This document shows positions 48,488 to 57,300 of a DNA stretch of 64,000 nt, piece after piece. How positions within the stretch are numbered: the stretch's first letter is position 1; each line of letters starts with the position of its first letter. Source of the stretch: Nitrospinales bacterium (lineage in GTDB: Bacteria; Nitrospinota; Nitrospinia; Nitrospinales; VA-1); the NCBI GenBank assembly GCA_965223345.1, contig CBDCWG010000012.1, positions 1,408,001 to 1,472,000 of the forward strand, read 5' to 3'. The notes below the pieces were generated by a model that saw nothing but the letters and a program-made list of their open reading frames with translations, ran no database searches and was not told the origin of the DNA. The position numbers were made by a program, and so were the translations under genes.

Positions 48488-48502
48488 ACGTGCCCATCTG
48501 GA

Positions 48503-49138
48503 TCAAAGATTCGGTTGCGGCGTGGTCCGCAGATACGGCTTGATGACCTTGTGCCCTTTGGGAAACTTTTCCGGAATGTCTTCCGTTTTGATCGCCGGGA
48601 CCACCACGCAGTCGTCGCCCTGTTTCCAGTCCACCGGCGTTGCGACCTGGTAATCGGCCGTGAGCTGCAGGGAATCGATGACGCGCAAAATTTCATCGAA
48701 GTTGCGGCCGGTGGATGCGGGGTACGTGAGGGACAGTTTCACTTTTTTGTCGGGACCGATGATGAAGACCGTGCGGACAGTGAGGTTGTCGAGCGCGTTG
48801 GGGTGGATCATGTCGTACATGGTGGCGATTTTTCTGTCGGGGTCCGCGATGATCGGGTAGTTGACGGTGCAGCTTTGGGTCTCGTTGATGTCCTTGATCC
48901 ATCCTTTGTGAGAATCGACCGGATCGACGCTGAGAGCGAGCACCTTGACGCCTCGTTTTTCGAATTCGCCCTTCAGGTTGGCCACACGGCCCAGCTCCGT
49001 GGTGCACACCGGCGTGTAATCCTTCGGGTGGGAGAAGAGGACCCCCCAGCTGTCTCCCAGCCATTTGTGAAATTCAATGGTTCCTTCGGAACTCTCTGCG
49101 GTAAAATCGGGTGCGACGTCGCCTAATCGGATAGCCAT
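48503..49138 (-). CDS. 1-Cys peroxiredoxin (Prx6 family)
   Basis: FSHPKDYTPVCTTELG, YPASTGRNFDEILR, VATPVDW, PYLR. Confidence 0.95.
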   Translation of the reverse strand: MAIRLGDVAPDFTAESSEGTIEFHKWLGDSWGVLFSHPKDYTPVCTTELGRVANLKGEFEKRGVKVLALSVDPVDSHKGWIKDINETQSCTVNYPIIADPDRKIATMYDMIHPNALDNLTVRTVFIIGPDKKVKLSLTYPASTGRNFDEILRVIDSLQLTADYQVATPVDWKQGDDCVVVPAIKTEDIPEKFPKGHKVIKPYLRTTPQPNL

Positions 49139-49464
49139 CTTGTGATTCCTTCTCCGTGAAATGGGTGTGAACAATCGTGGGTTTGCCGCCGAGCCAGCGG
49201 GAGATTTTTGCAGTGAAATCTCTGAATCTTCCGCAGATCCGGGGAATCCCAATAACATGAAAACCAGAAAGGGGAAACCAGTTCCCGCTTAATACGCTTA
49301 TACTCAATAGGATGTCCGATTATAGCATAAGATTCTTTTGCGAATTCAAAAAAGCGGGAACCCGCCGCGCGCACCGGGCTGACGGTAAGCCGTTGGAAGT
49401 TGGGGGGCTGGGAGCGCAGCAGCGTGCCTTCGCCGCCGCTGCGGCGGGGAAAGGATAGAGCGTC

Positions 49465-49863
49465 ATGGCGATCGACGAACGCTATCTGGAGACCGTCATC
49501 CTGCTGCAGAAAGTATGGGTGTTTTTTCTGATCGCCCTGTATTTTGCCGGGTTCATGACCGAGTATCATTTCCCGGGCGTGCGCGAGGAACCGCTGGAGA
49601 ATGAGAAAATTCTGTGGAATGCGCAGAGGGTGTTGTTTTTTGCGGTGATGTTCGCAGGATTGCTGATCGACGTGGTGCGCATGCGCGTCGATCGCCACAA
49701 GGCGTTCGTGTTTCTTCTCTTATCCCTGGTGTGCGGCGGACTGTCCGGCCCGGTCAGCGCGTTGCAGTATCGATTTTTCGCCGCGATTTTCGGAAAGAGC
49801 GAGGCGGTGGTGTCGGCACTGGCGCAGCCCGGCCTGCAACCCGTGCTTGCGGGATGGTATTGA
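49465..49863 (+). CDS. Hypothetical membrane protein
   Basis: AAGGA RBS; three hydrophobic segments. Confidence 0.6.
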   Translation: MAIDERYLETVILLQKVWVFFLIALYFAGFMTEYHFPGVREEPLENEKILWNAQRVLFFAVMFAGLLIDVVRMRVDRHKAFVFLLLSLVCGGLSGPVSALQYRFFAAIFGKSEAVVSALAQPGLQPVLAGWY

Positions 49864-50077
49864 TGCAGGCAGAAACCGCAAGCCGACTCGTTTCTATATA
49901 TTCTAATAATAGATGAAGTATTCCATTTTCCCAGGTTCGCAAAAGAGGGCGGGGGAGGGCAGATGCAAACCCGGATCCGGGCAAAAAAATGCCGGACGAA
50001 CCGCGGGCGCGCCCGTGTTGACTCACCTGGGGGGAAGTGCTAGTTTAGCGGATACCAGACACTCAAAACGAAACTAA

Positions 50078-50153
<76 letters not shown>

Positions 50154-50165
50154 CTTATAAAACAA

Positions 50166-50201
50166 AGGCTTATGAGGAGAATCTCATAAGCCTATTTTTT
50201 T
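50166..50201 (+). terminator. Terminator after tRNA-Lys
   Basis: AGGCTTATGAG-gagaat-CTCATAAGCCT followed by A and a T tract. Confidence 0.8.
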
Positions 50202-50466
50202 GTTTAAAATCCAACTATTTTGAAAAATATAGAATTATTTAAAGTTTAAACAACTGATGAAAAATCGGCTGTCCAAGGTTTTCTGTTTTTAACTTATTAG
50301 CTTTAAAGTAGTTATGGGGTGCTTTTGAGGGCTAAGACTAGTCTATGACCATTCAAAACAAATTCCGTCTTTTCAGGTTTAGATCAGAAGAAAAACTCTG
50401 CTTAGACTGTTAGCCAAAATAGGCTTTATGAGAGTTGTTCAATGAAACTCGATGTCATTAAGGTAG

Positions 50467-50571
50467 TGACCTGCCCCCAATAAACTGGTCAATATGTTGT
50501 GTTGGGCTTGGGTGCTGAATCTTATTGGATAGGAGGCAGATATGAGCCGGAAAGTGTTTCAACCCGAGCAG
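50467..50571 (+). mobile_element. IS3-family-like left end with truncated orfA
   Basis: TGACCTGCCCCCAATAAACTGGTC, then AGGAGG and ATG 50542 encoding MSRKVFQPEQ, cut at 50572. Confidence 0.7.
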
Positions 50572-50646
50572 AATATCCGCTTCTGGCCGAAAGCTGTCAT
50601 TACGGAGAGGTGGATGAACGGTCGTTCCCGACCCAAAGCGGACGTA
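50572..50646. repeat. Pair of 12-6-12 palindromic junction sites (A, B)
   Basis: AATATCCGCTTC-TGGCCG-AAAGCTGTCATT and AACGGTCGTTCC-CGACCC-AAAGCGGACGTA. Confidence 0.75.
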
Positions 50647-51219
50647 GAATTGAAGCTACTGAGTAGTGCGTTTTAAAATCTTCCTCCCTGCACTCCGCAC
50701 CCATAACTTTTATTCTCCCAAGTTTTTCTATTATTGACTTTCAATCAATCCTACAAATTCTAGGTCTCTAATCAAGAATTATACGCTTCATTTCTCAAGC
50801 ACATGTCTTGGCTCAACTGATTTAGAGTCGAAGTTATTTTTTCGAGCCCCAAAGTTTTATTGAATATATATTCGGCCTGGAGTGATTTGAGACGTACAAG
50901 GATGGGATTTCTCAGTATTTCCACAATTTTCTCACCTCAGACCGACCGAGACTACCTTGGGTGAAAAAATATTTCTGCCACCGAGAGTCCGATCGGCCGA
51001 CTAAGGAGAAAAGTAATTCGAAATGGAGGTATTGAGCAATCATATCGGATTGCTGCCTAAATGGGGGAATTTATAACCCTTTGTAGTTTAAAAGCTACAT
51101 GCTGATGAAGCATTCCTAATATTTTAAAAAGATAAGAGCTGAAGGAATAATTCGTTTATGGCTGGCGTCTTAATTCTAGCTAGAATAAAAATGATAAAAC
51201 TCAAAAAAAGGAATCCGTC

Positions 51220-51573
51220 ATGCTTAAAGGGGTAATAACCTCAGCAGTAATTATTGGTTTGATTGGATTTTCGTCGACGGCAGCTTTTTCTGCGGATCAG
51301 GATCGAGATCGGCAACAGGACCAGATTCAAAAAAAGGACCGCATTTTTGGGCATGAACTGATGACACCGGAAGAACGCAATGAGCACCGCAAAAAAATGC
51401 GTTCCCTTAATACTGAGCAGGAGCGCGAGGCGTACCGCCTGGAGCACCATAAAAGGATGAAAGAGCGCATGAAAGAAAAAGGAATGTCGCTTTCCGATAG
51501 GCCGATGAGTCAACGAAGCGGTAAAGGTCTGGGAGGAGGGGGAATGGGTGGCGGAGGAGGACGCGGCCGTTAA
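51220..51573 (+). CDS. Secreted hypothetical protein (charged helical body, Gly-rich tail)
   Basis: Signal peptide ..AAFSA; DQDRDRQQDQ; LMTPEERNEHR..MR; GGGGMGGGGGRGR. Confidence 0.8.
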   Translation: MLKGVITSAVIIGLIGFSSTAAFSADQDRDRQQDQIQKKDRIFGHELMTPEERNEHRKKMRSLNTEQEREAYRLEHHKRMKERMKEKGMSLSDRPMSQRSGKGLGGGGMGGGGGRGR

Positions 51574-51775
51574 TGAAATTGATCTAGGCTGAAATTATTT
51601 CTACTTCTTTCAAGCCCCCTTTTTTAAAGAGGGCTTGAAAGAAAACGACCTTTACACACCTTAAAATGAATCCTTTTCTCGAAGTACACAGCCGACACAC
51701 ACGTCAGGGATAAGCCTCCATTTCTCTTGCAGTGCTTATATATTAATCCGACCGCAGCCATGAAATCCTACTCTG

Positions 51776-54565
51776 ATGGCATTTCGTGAACAACTGACAA
51801 ACACGAGTACGGACCATCCGATCCGGATCACTCTGCTGATGCTCTTCCTATGTCTCGGGCTTGCGCTGCAGATTCCCAACATAAAAATCGACACCGACCC
51901 GGAAAACATGCTTTCAGAAGACGAAAGTGTGCGGGTGTTTCACAATCAGGTTAAAAAAGAGTTCACCCTGTACGACATGATCGTCCTGGGGGTGGTCAAT
52001 GAAGACAATCCGGACGGGGTGTTCAATCCGGAAACGCTTGCAAAAATTTTCCAGTTGACCCGACAGATCGAGCAGATCGAAGGGGTGATTCCCATCGATC
52101 TTCTTGCCCCTTCGAAAGTGGACGACATCCAACAGGCGGGATTGGGCACCGTGCGCTTCGAATGGCTGATGTCCAAACCTCCCGAAACCCGCGAGGAAGC
52201 CCTACGCATCCGGGATCGGGCGAAGGCAAACCCCATGCTCTACGGTACCCTGCTCTCGGAGGATGGCAAGGCTCTCTGTCTGTATATTCCCATCGAAGCC
52301 AAGGACATGAGCTACCGGATTGCCTCGCAGATCCGTGATTTCACCGAGCGGTTTGCGGGCGAGGAGCAATACCATATCACGGGCCTGCCGGTTGCAGAAG
52401 ACACATTCGGGGTGGAGATGTTCAAACAGATGGCCGTATCCGCTCCGCTGGCCGGGCTGTTCATTTTCATCCTGATGTGGTTTTTTTTCCGCAACGCTGT
52501 GCTGATTCTATCGGCGATGATCGTCGCCGTGGTGACAGTGCTGTGCACCATGGGCCTGCTGATCGGGACGGGGCACACTGTACACATCATGAGTTCCATG
52601 ATCCCGATCTTCCTGATGCCCATCGCTGTCGTCGACTCGATCCACATCTTGAGCGAGTTTTTCGACCGGTACCCGCATTTCAAGGACCGGCGCAAGACCA
52701 TCCACTACGTCATGCAGGATCTGTTCAATCCCATGCTGTTCACCAGTCTCACCTCCACCGCCGGTTTCGCTTCGCTCGCCCTGACCCCGATCCCTCCCGT
52801 ACGGGTGTTCGGGCTGTTTGTCGCTTTCGGCATCATGCTGGCCTGGTTTCTCACCATCACCTTCATCCCGGCCTATGTGATGCTCCTCAAGGAGTCCTCA
52901 CTGGAAAAATTCGGCAGGCCCAAAGACATCACCATGCCCTCGCTTTTGGAAAGGCTTCTGGAAAAGACCGGCGTCTGGACTTACCGGCGATCAAAATGGA
53001 TCTTGACCGTCACCGGGATCGTGCTGGTGCTGGCAGTAATCGGAATCACCACCATTGTTGTGAATGACAATCCTGTAAAGTGGTTTGAGGATAAGCACCC
53101 TATCCGGGTCGCAGACCGGGTTTTGAATGAACATTTTGGCGGTACGTACATGGCCTACCTGGTGCTTGATGAAAAAAGCGACGCAACCGCTTTACGGCAG
53201 TCTGTAATAGATATGGAAGAAGCTCTGGCCCGTAGGGTCGAGGAAACCCGGTCCTTCCTTCCAGCCATCCAGCAAGCGGGCAAGGAGGCACAAACCCTGT
53301 TGCGAAAGCAGATTGAATCTCAAAAGAGAGAGCAAAACGGATCACTGGCGGATCTTTTATGGGCACTGGAAAAAACAGCCGGTCAAAAGGTAGAAAGCAA
53401 AATTCCTGAAATTGCGGAAGCCTGGGAAGAACTCGGTCTGTTTTTCAACGAACAGCGAGTGAGAGCCCAACCTTTCAAGAAACCCGAAGTGCTGCGCTAT
53501 GTGCAATCGTTGCAGCAGGCATTACTCGAAACCGGTGTGGTGGGCAAATCCAGCTCTGTGGTGGACGTCATCCGCAAGGTCCATTATGAACTGATGGAGG
53601 GAGACAAGGAATTCGACCGTATTCCGGATACCGCCCCCGCGGTGGCGCAGACTCTTCTTTCCTACCAGAACAGCCACGATCCCGATGATCTCTGGCATCT
53701 CGTCACGCCGGACTATCAAAAAGCCAATCTCTGGATTCAATTGCAAAGCGGCGACAACCGGGATATGGAAAAAGTCGCCAAATCGGTGGATCGGTTCTTT
53801 GAGGAGAACGCGCCCCCCATCCCCTTGAGTCATAACTGGGCCGGCCTCACTTATCTGAACGTGATCTGGCAGGAAAAAATGGTCCGCGGAATGATCCGCT
53901 CGCTTTCGGGAAGTTTCATCATCGTTCTGCTCATGGTGGTCTTTCTATTCCGCTCCCCGCTATGGGGTTTGCTCTGCATGGTGCCGCTGACCGTGACCAT
54001 CCTTTTCATCTACGGAATGATCGGTTTTGCGGGAAAAGAATACGATATGCCCATCGCCGTCCTGTCCGCCATGACACTGGGCCTGTCTGTGGATTTTGCG
54101 ATCCATTTCCTCGAACGGTCCCGGCAGGCTTACAGCGACGCAGGCAACGACTGGCAGTCCGCCTCAGGCAGAATGTTCGGCGAACCGGGCCGCGCCATTT
54201 CCCGCAACATTTTGGTGATCGCCATCGGCTTCACCCCGCTCATGATCGCCCCCTTGGTTCCTTACAAGACAGTGGGGTTTTTCCTGGCGGCCATCATGTT
54301 CGTTTCCGGAGCGGCCACACTCATCATCCTTCCGGCCCTGATCCGCACACTGAGAAAGATGTTGTTCGAACCCCCGAACGCCTTGCAGAAATTCTGCCGC
54401 CCCGCAACCTGCGTCACGACTTCTTTCATCGCCATCCTGATCATCACTTATGGAATTCAACAATTTGGTGTCGAGGGGTGGCAACCCATCGTCTGGGTCG
54501 TGGCTTTCGGCATTGTCGCCGCAGCCCTGATCTGCCACTTTCTGTCCAGGAGAAAACCGTGTTAA
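51776..54565 (+). CDS. MMPL/RND family transporter
   Basis: IDTDPENML, two TM blocks with IAVVDSIH / GLSVDFAIH, FTSLTSTAGF.SL. Confidence 0.92.
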   Translation: MAFREQLTNTSTDHPIRITLLMLFLCLGLALQIPNIKIDTDPENMLSEDESVRVFHNQVKKEFTLYDMIVLGVVNEDNPDGVFNPETLAKIFQLTRQIEQIEGVIPIDLLAPSKVDDIQQAGLGTVRFEWLMSKPPETREEALRIRDRAKANPMLYGTLLSEDGKALCLYIPIEAKDMSYRIASQIRDFTERFAGEEQYHITGLPVAEDTFGVEMFKQMAVSAPLAGLFIFILMWFFFRNAVLILSAMIVAVVTVLCTMGLLIGTGHTVHIMSSMIPIFLMPIAVVDSIHILSEFFDRYPHFKDRRKTIHYVMQDLFNPMLFTSLTSTAGFASLALTPIPPVRVFGLFVAFGIMLAWFLTITFIPAYVMLLKESSLEKFGRPKDITMPSLLERLLEKTGVWTYRRSKWILTVTGIVLVLAVIGITTIVVNDNPVKWFEDKHPIRVADRVLNEHFGGTYMAYLVLDEKSDATALRQSVIDMEEALARRVEETRSFLPAIQQAGKEAQTLLRKQIESQKREQNGSLADLLWALEKTAGQKVESKIPEIAEAWEELGLFFNEQRVRAQPFKKPEVLRYVQSLQQALLETGVVGKSSSVVDVIRKVHYELMEGDKEFDRIPDTAPAVAQTLLSYQNSHDPDDLWHLVTPDYQKANLWIQLQSGDNRDMEKVAKSVDRFFEENAPPIPLSHNWAGLTYLNVIWQEKMVRGMIRSLSGSFIIVLLMVVFLFRSPLWGLLCMVPLTVTILFIYGMIGFAGKEYDMPIAVLSAMTLGLSVDFAIHFLERSRQAYSDAGNDWQSASGRMFGEPGRAISRNILVIAIGFTPLMIAPLVPYKTVGFFLAAIMFVSGAATLIILPALIRTLRKMLFEPPNALQKFCRPATCVTTSFIAILIITYGIQQFGVEGWQPIVWVVAFGIVAAALICHFLSRRKPC

Positions 54566-54590
54566 TTTCCCAGGCAGGAGGTAAACTAAG

Positions 54591-55436
54591 ATGGGAAATC
54601 CGCAAATTCTGATGAGGAACAGAGTTATGCCATTGAAACTAAAATGCCCGATCGGCCTATTTATTATTTTGGTTCTGGGAGTGGCGGCGAATTCCGCAGG
54701 AGCGGAGCCCAAGGCACCGCCGGTGGACGAGATCGTTCATAAATCCAACCTCGCTTCCTATTATGAAGGCAAAGATGGTCGAGCCCAGGTGGACATGACC
54801 ATCACCGATTCACAGGGCAGAAGCCGCAACCGGAAATTCACCATCCTCAGAATGGATAAAGAAGATGGTGGAGAGCAGAAATTTTATGTGTATTTCCACC
54901 GCCCTGCGGACGTACGCAATACCGTCTTCATGGTCTGGAAGCATCCGGGGAAAGACGACGACCGCTGGCTGTACCTTCCGGGCCTGGATCTGGTCAAACG
55001 TATTTCTGCCGGGGACAAGCGCACCAGTTTTGTGGGTTCCAACTTCTTCTATGAAGACGTTTCCGGCAGAGATCCCGATGAGGATACCCATACGATCACC
55101 GAAGTCACAGACGCCTTCTACGTCCTGAAAAATATTCCTAAGAATCCGGGAGATGTGGAATTCGGCCACTACATTCTCTGGATCGACAAATCCAATTTTC
55201 TGCCCATGAAGGCGGAGTATTTCGACAAAAGTGGAAAAAAATACCGGGTGGTGGAAGCCCTGGAAGTCAAAGACATTCAGGGACATCCCACCGTCACCAA
55301 AGCCCGGGTTCAGGACCTGAATACGGGCGGCAACACCGTATCTGAATTTGATTCCATCAAATACGACCTCGGTCTCAAGGAATCGATCTTCACCGAAAGA
55401 TACCTCAGGCGGCCGCCGAGGCGGTGGCTCAAGTAA
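54591..55436 (+). CDS. Outer-membrane lipoprotein-sorting (LolA-like) protein
   Basis: F..PADVR.T.F.VWK....DDDRWLYLP.L.LVKRIS..DK..SFVGS.F.YED, IFTERYL. Confidence 0.88.
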   Translation: MGNPQILMRNRVMPLKLKCPIGLFIILVLGVAANSAGAEPKAPPVDEIVHKSNLASYYEGKDGRAQVDMTITDSQGRSRNRKFTILRMDKEDGGEQKFYVYFHRPADVRNTVFMVWKHPGKDDDRWLYLPGLDLVKRISAGDKRTSFVGSNFFYEDVSGRDPDEDTHTITEVTDAFYVLKNIPKNPGDVEFGHYILWIDKSNFLPMKAEYFDKSGKKYRVVEALEVKDIQGHPTVTKARVQDLNTGGNTVSEFDSIKYDLGLKESIFTERYLRRPPRRWLK

Positions 55437-56738
55437 ATGTCATTTGTTCAGACCACCATGAAGCGAATGATCCTGCGGTGCCTGCTTTTGATTCTGATGT
55501 CTATCGCTGTGTCTCTCCCCGGGGGTCACGCATCGGCGTCAGACGTTTTGGGGTTGGAGATTCCTTTTCAGTTGCACGGCTTTGTTGAAGAAGCAGGTGG
55601 CATCCGCACACAGAACGACCCCCAGCAGGAGAAGGATTTCATCCTGGGTGAGCTGCGCGCACAGATTGAAGCCTCAAAAGGGATGGAGTGGGGAGAGTTC
55701 AAATTCCGCGGTGACTTTCTTCACGACCAAACTCAGGAGAGATTCGATTTTGACCTGAGAGAAGCCAACCTGCTGTTCTATCCCACAGATTTTCTCGATA
55801 TCAAAGTTGGACGCCAGATCCTCACCTGGGGAACCGGCGATCTGATTTTTTTAAACGATCTGTTCCCAAAGGATTTCGAATCGTTTTTCATCGGTCGAGA
55901 CGAAGTGTACCTGAAGGCCCCCTCGGACGCCGTCAAATTCAGCTTCTATCCGCAGATTGCCAATATTGATCTGGTCTGGACACCCGCCTTCGATCCGGAC
56001 CGGTTCATTACCGGCAGACGGCTCTCTTTTTTCAATGGCATTCTTGGAAGAAAGGCGGGAAACGGCGATCGTGTCAACTTCGACGCGCCCGACCGCTGGG
56101 TTTCGGATTCGGAGCTGGCGCTGCGAGTATTCAAAAATGTCAAAGGGTATGAGTTGGCTCTGTACGGGTATTACGGATTTTTCAAAAACCCCGGCGGATC
56201 GAACGCGGAAGGTGGTGCGACTTTTCCGCGGCTGGCTGTGTACGGAGCCAGTGTCCGCGGGGAAATCCTCGATGGCATCGGCAATCTGGAGATCGCCTAC
56301 CGGGATTCACTGGAAGACAAGGCGGGGACCGTCCCCAATGTGAATAACAGCCAGTTCCGGTTCCTGGCCGGTTACACACGGGAACTGTTTCAGAATTTCA
56401 CGCTCGGGCTACAGTACAATCTCGAACACAACATGCATCACGATGAATTCATCCGCAACCTGCCTGCCGGCGCCTTTCCGATCGATGAAAACCGCCACGT
56501 GACCACGGTACGTTTCACATGGCTCACCCTGCAGCAGAATTTGGTTTTTTCCCTGTTCACCTTCTATTCCCCTTCGGACGGCGATGCACACTTGCGGCCC
56601 AGTGTGCTTTACAAGATCAGCGATTTCTGGTCCGCTACGCTGGGCGCTCACATTTTCACGGGAGCCAGCGACAGGACTTTTTTCGGTCAACTCGAAGACA
56701 ACACCAATGTATACGCCCGGCTTCGCTACAGCTTTTGA
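55437..56738 (+). CDS. Putative outer-membrane beta-barrel protein
   Basis: Signal peptide; DLREAN...DIKVGRQILTWGTGD; ends VYARLRYSF. Confidence 0.8.
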   Translation: MSFVQTTMKRMILRCLLLILMSIAVSLPGGHASASDVLGLEIPFQLHGFVEEAGGIRTQNDPQQEKDFILGELRAQIEASKGMEWGEFKFRGDFLHDQTQERFDFDLREANLLFYPTDFLDIKVGRQILTWGTGDLIFLNDLFPKDFESFFIGRDEVYLKAPSDAVKFSFYPQIANIDLVWTPAFDPDRFITGRRLSFFNGILGRKAGNGDRVNFDAPDRWVSDSELALRVFKNVKGYELALYGYYGFFKNPGGSNAEGGATFPRLAVYGASVRGEILDGIGNLEIAYRDSLEDKAGTVPNVNNSQFRFLAGYTRELFQNFTLGLQYNLEHNMHHDEFIRNLPAGAFPIDENRHVTTVRFTWLTLQQNLVFSLFTFYSPSDGDAHLRPSVLYKISDFWSATLGAHIFTGASDRTFFGQLEDNTNVYARLRYSF

Positions 56739-56755
56739 GCGAAAGGAGAAATCAC

Positions 56756-56956
56756 ATGGAAATGGAGCGCTGGATACGATTGATCGCAGGTTCTTTCATC
56801 ATTATCAGCGTCGCTCTCACAGTGTGGGTGAACCCTTGGTGGTTGCTGTTCACTGCGTTTGTGGGCATTAACCTGTTTCAGTCGGCTCTTACCCGTTGGT
56901 GCCTGATGGAAAAAATCCTCAAGCGGTTCGGGGTCAAGTACTCTCGGCCATCCTAA
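56756..56956 (+). CDS. DUF2892 (YgaP-like) membrane protein
   Basis: MERWIRLIAG.F...S..L.....PWWLLFTAFVG.NLFQS..T.WC.ME..L; GAAAGGAG RBS. Confidence 0.88.
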   Translation: MEMERWIRLIAGSFIIISVALTVWVNPWWLLFTAFVGINLFQSALTRWCLMEKILKRFGVKYSRPS

Positions 56957-56985
56957 CTTAAATAATAAAAGGCGGGCAAGATATA

Positions 56986-57090
56986 AGACGCTATCCGTTA
57001 GAAAAAACAGCAGAGGTTCGCAGGTATGTCGACACAGGGCTCAAAAAGGGAAATGTAATCATAACTTTGGAACACAATAATAAAATCTAA
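56986..57090 (+). pseudogene. 3' fragment of an NAD(P)-dependent alcohol dehydrogenase/quinone oxidoreductase gene
   Basis: Translates RRYPLEKTAEVRRYVDTGLKKGNVIITLEHNNKI-stop, matching the MDR C-terminal motif YPLE..AEAHRY...G.KKG.VVI. Confidence 0.65.
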
Positions 57091-57152
57091 CAAAGCGTTG
57101 CCTCTGACCGCTATTCCGCGGCCTTTCATGGTGGCACATGAGCTTAGTCGTA
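57085..57152 (+). other. Degenerate integron attC-like site
   Basis: R'' box ATCTAAC contains the stop codon of the upstream fragment; imperfect hairpin ends ..GAGCTTAGTCGT, with R' broken after GT. Confidence 0.55.
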
Positions 57153-57209
57153 AATGTCCGCTTTTGGCCGATAACAGACACATCTGCTAACGACCCCAAA
57201 GCGGACATT
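57153..57209. repeat. Pair of 12-6-12 palindromic junction sites (C, D)
   Basis: AATGTCCGCTTT-TGGCCG-ATAACAGACACA overlapping CACATCTGCTAA-CGACCC(C)-AAAGCGGACATT. Confidence 0.8.
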
Positions 57210-57300
57210 CTCATAAAGTAAGTTTCTCTTACAAATATACCTCGATCAAAACTCCAACTTTGGACCTTATTCTTTTGAATACATACAGCCTCTTTATATC

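Noticed and set aside
56998..57183. 61-aa minus-strand ORF MCLLSAKSGH...
   Set aside because: It is the antisense reading of the dehydrogenase fragment, the attC relic and the palindromic site.
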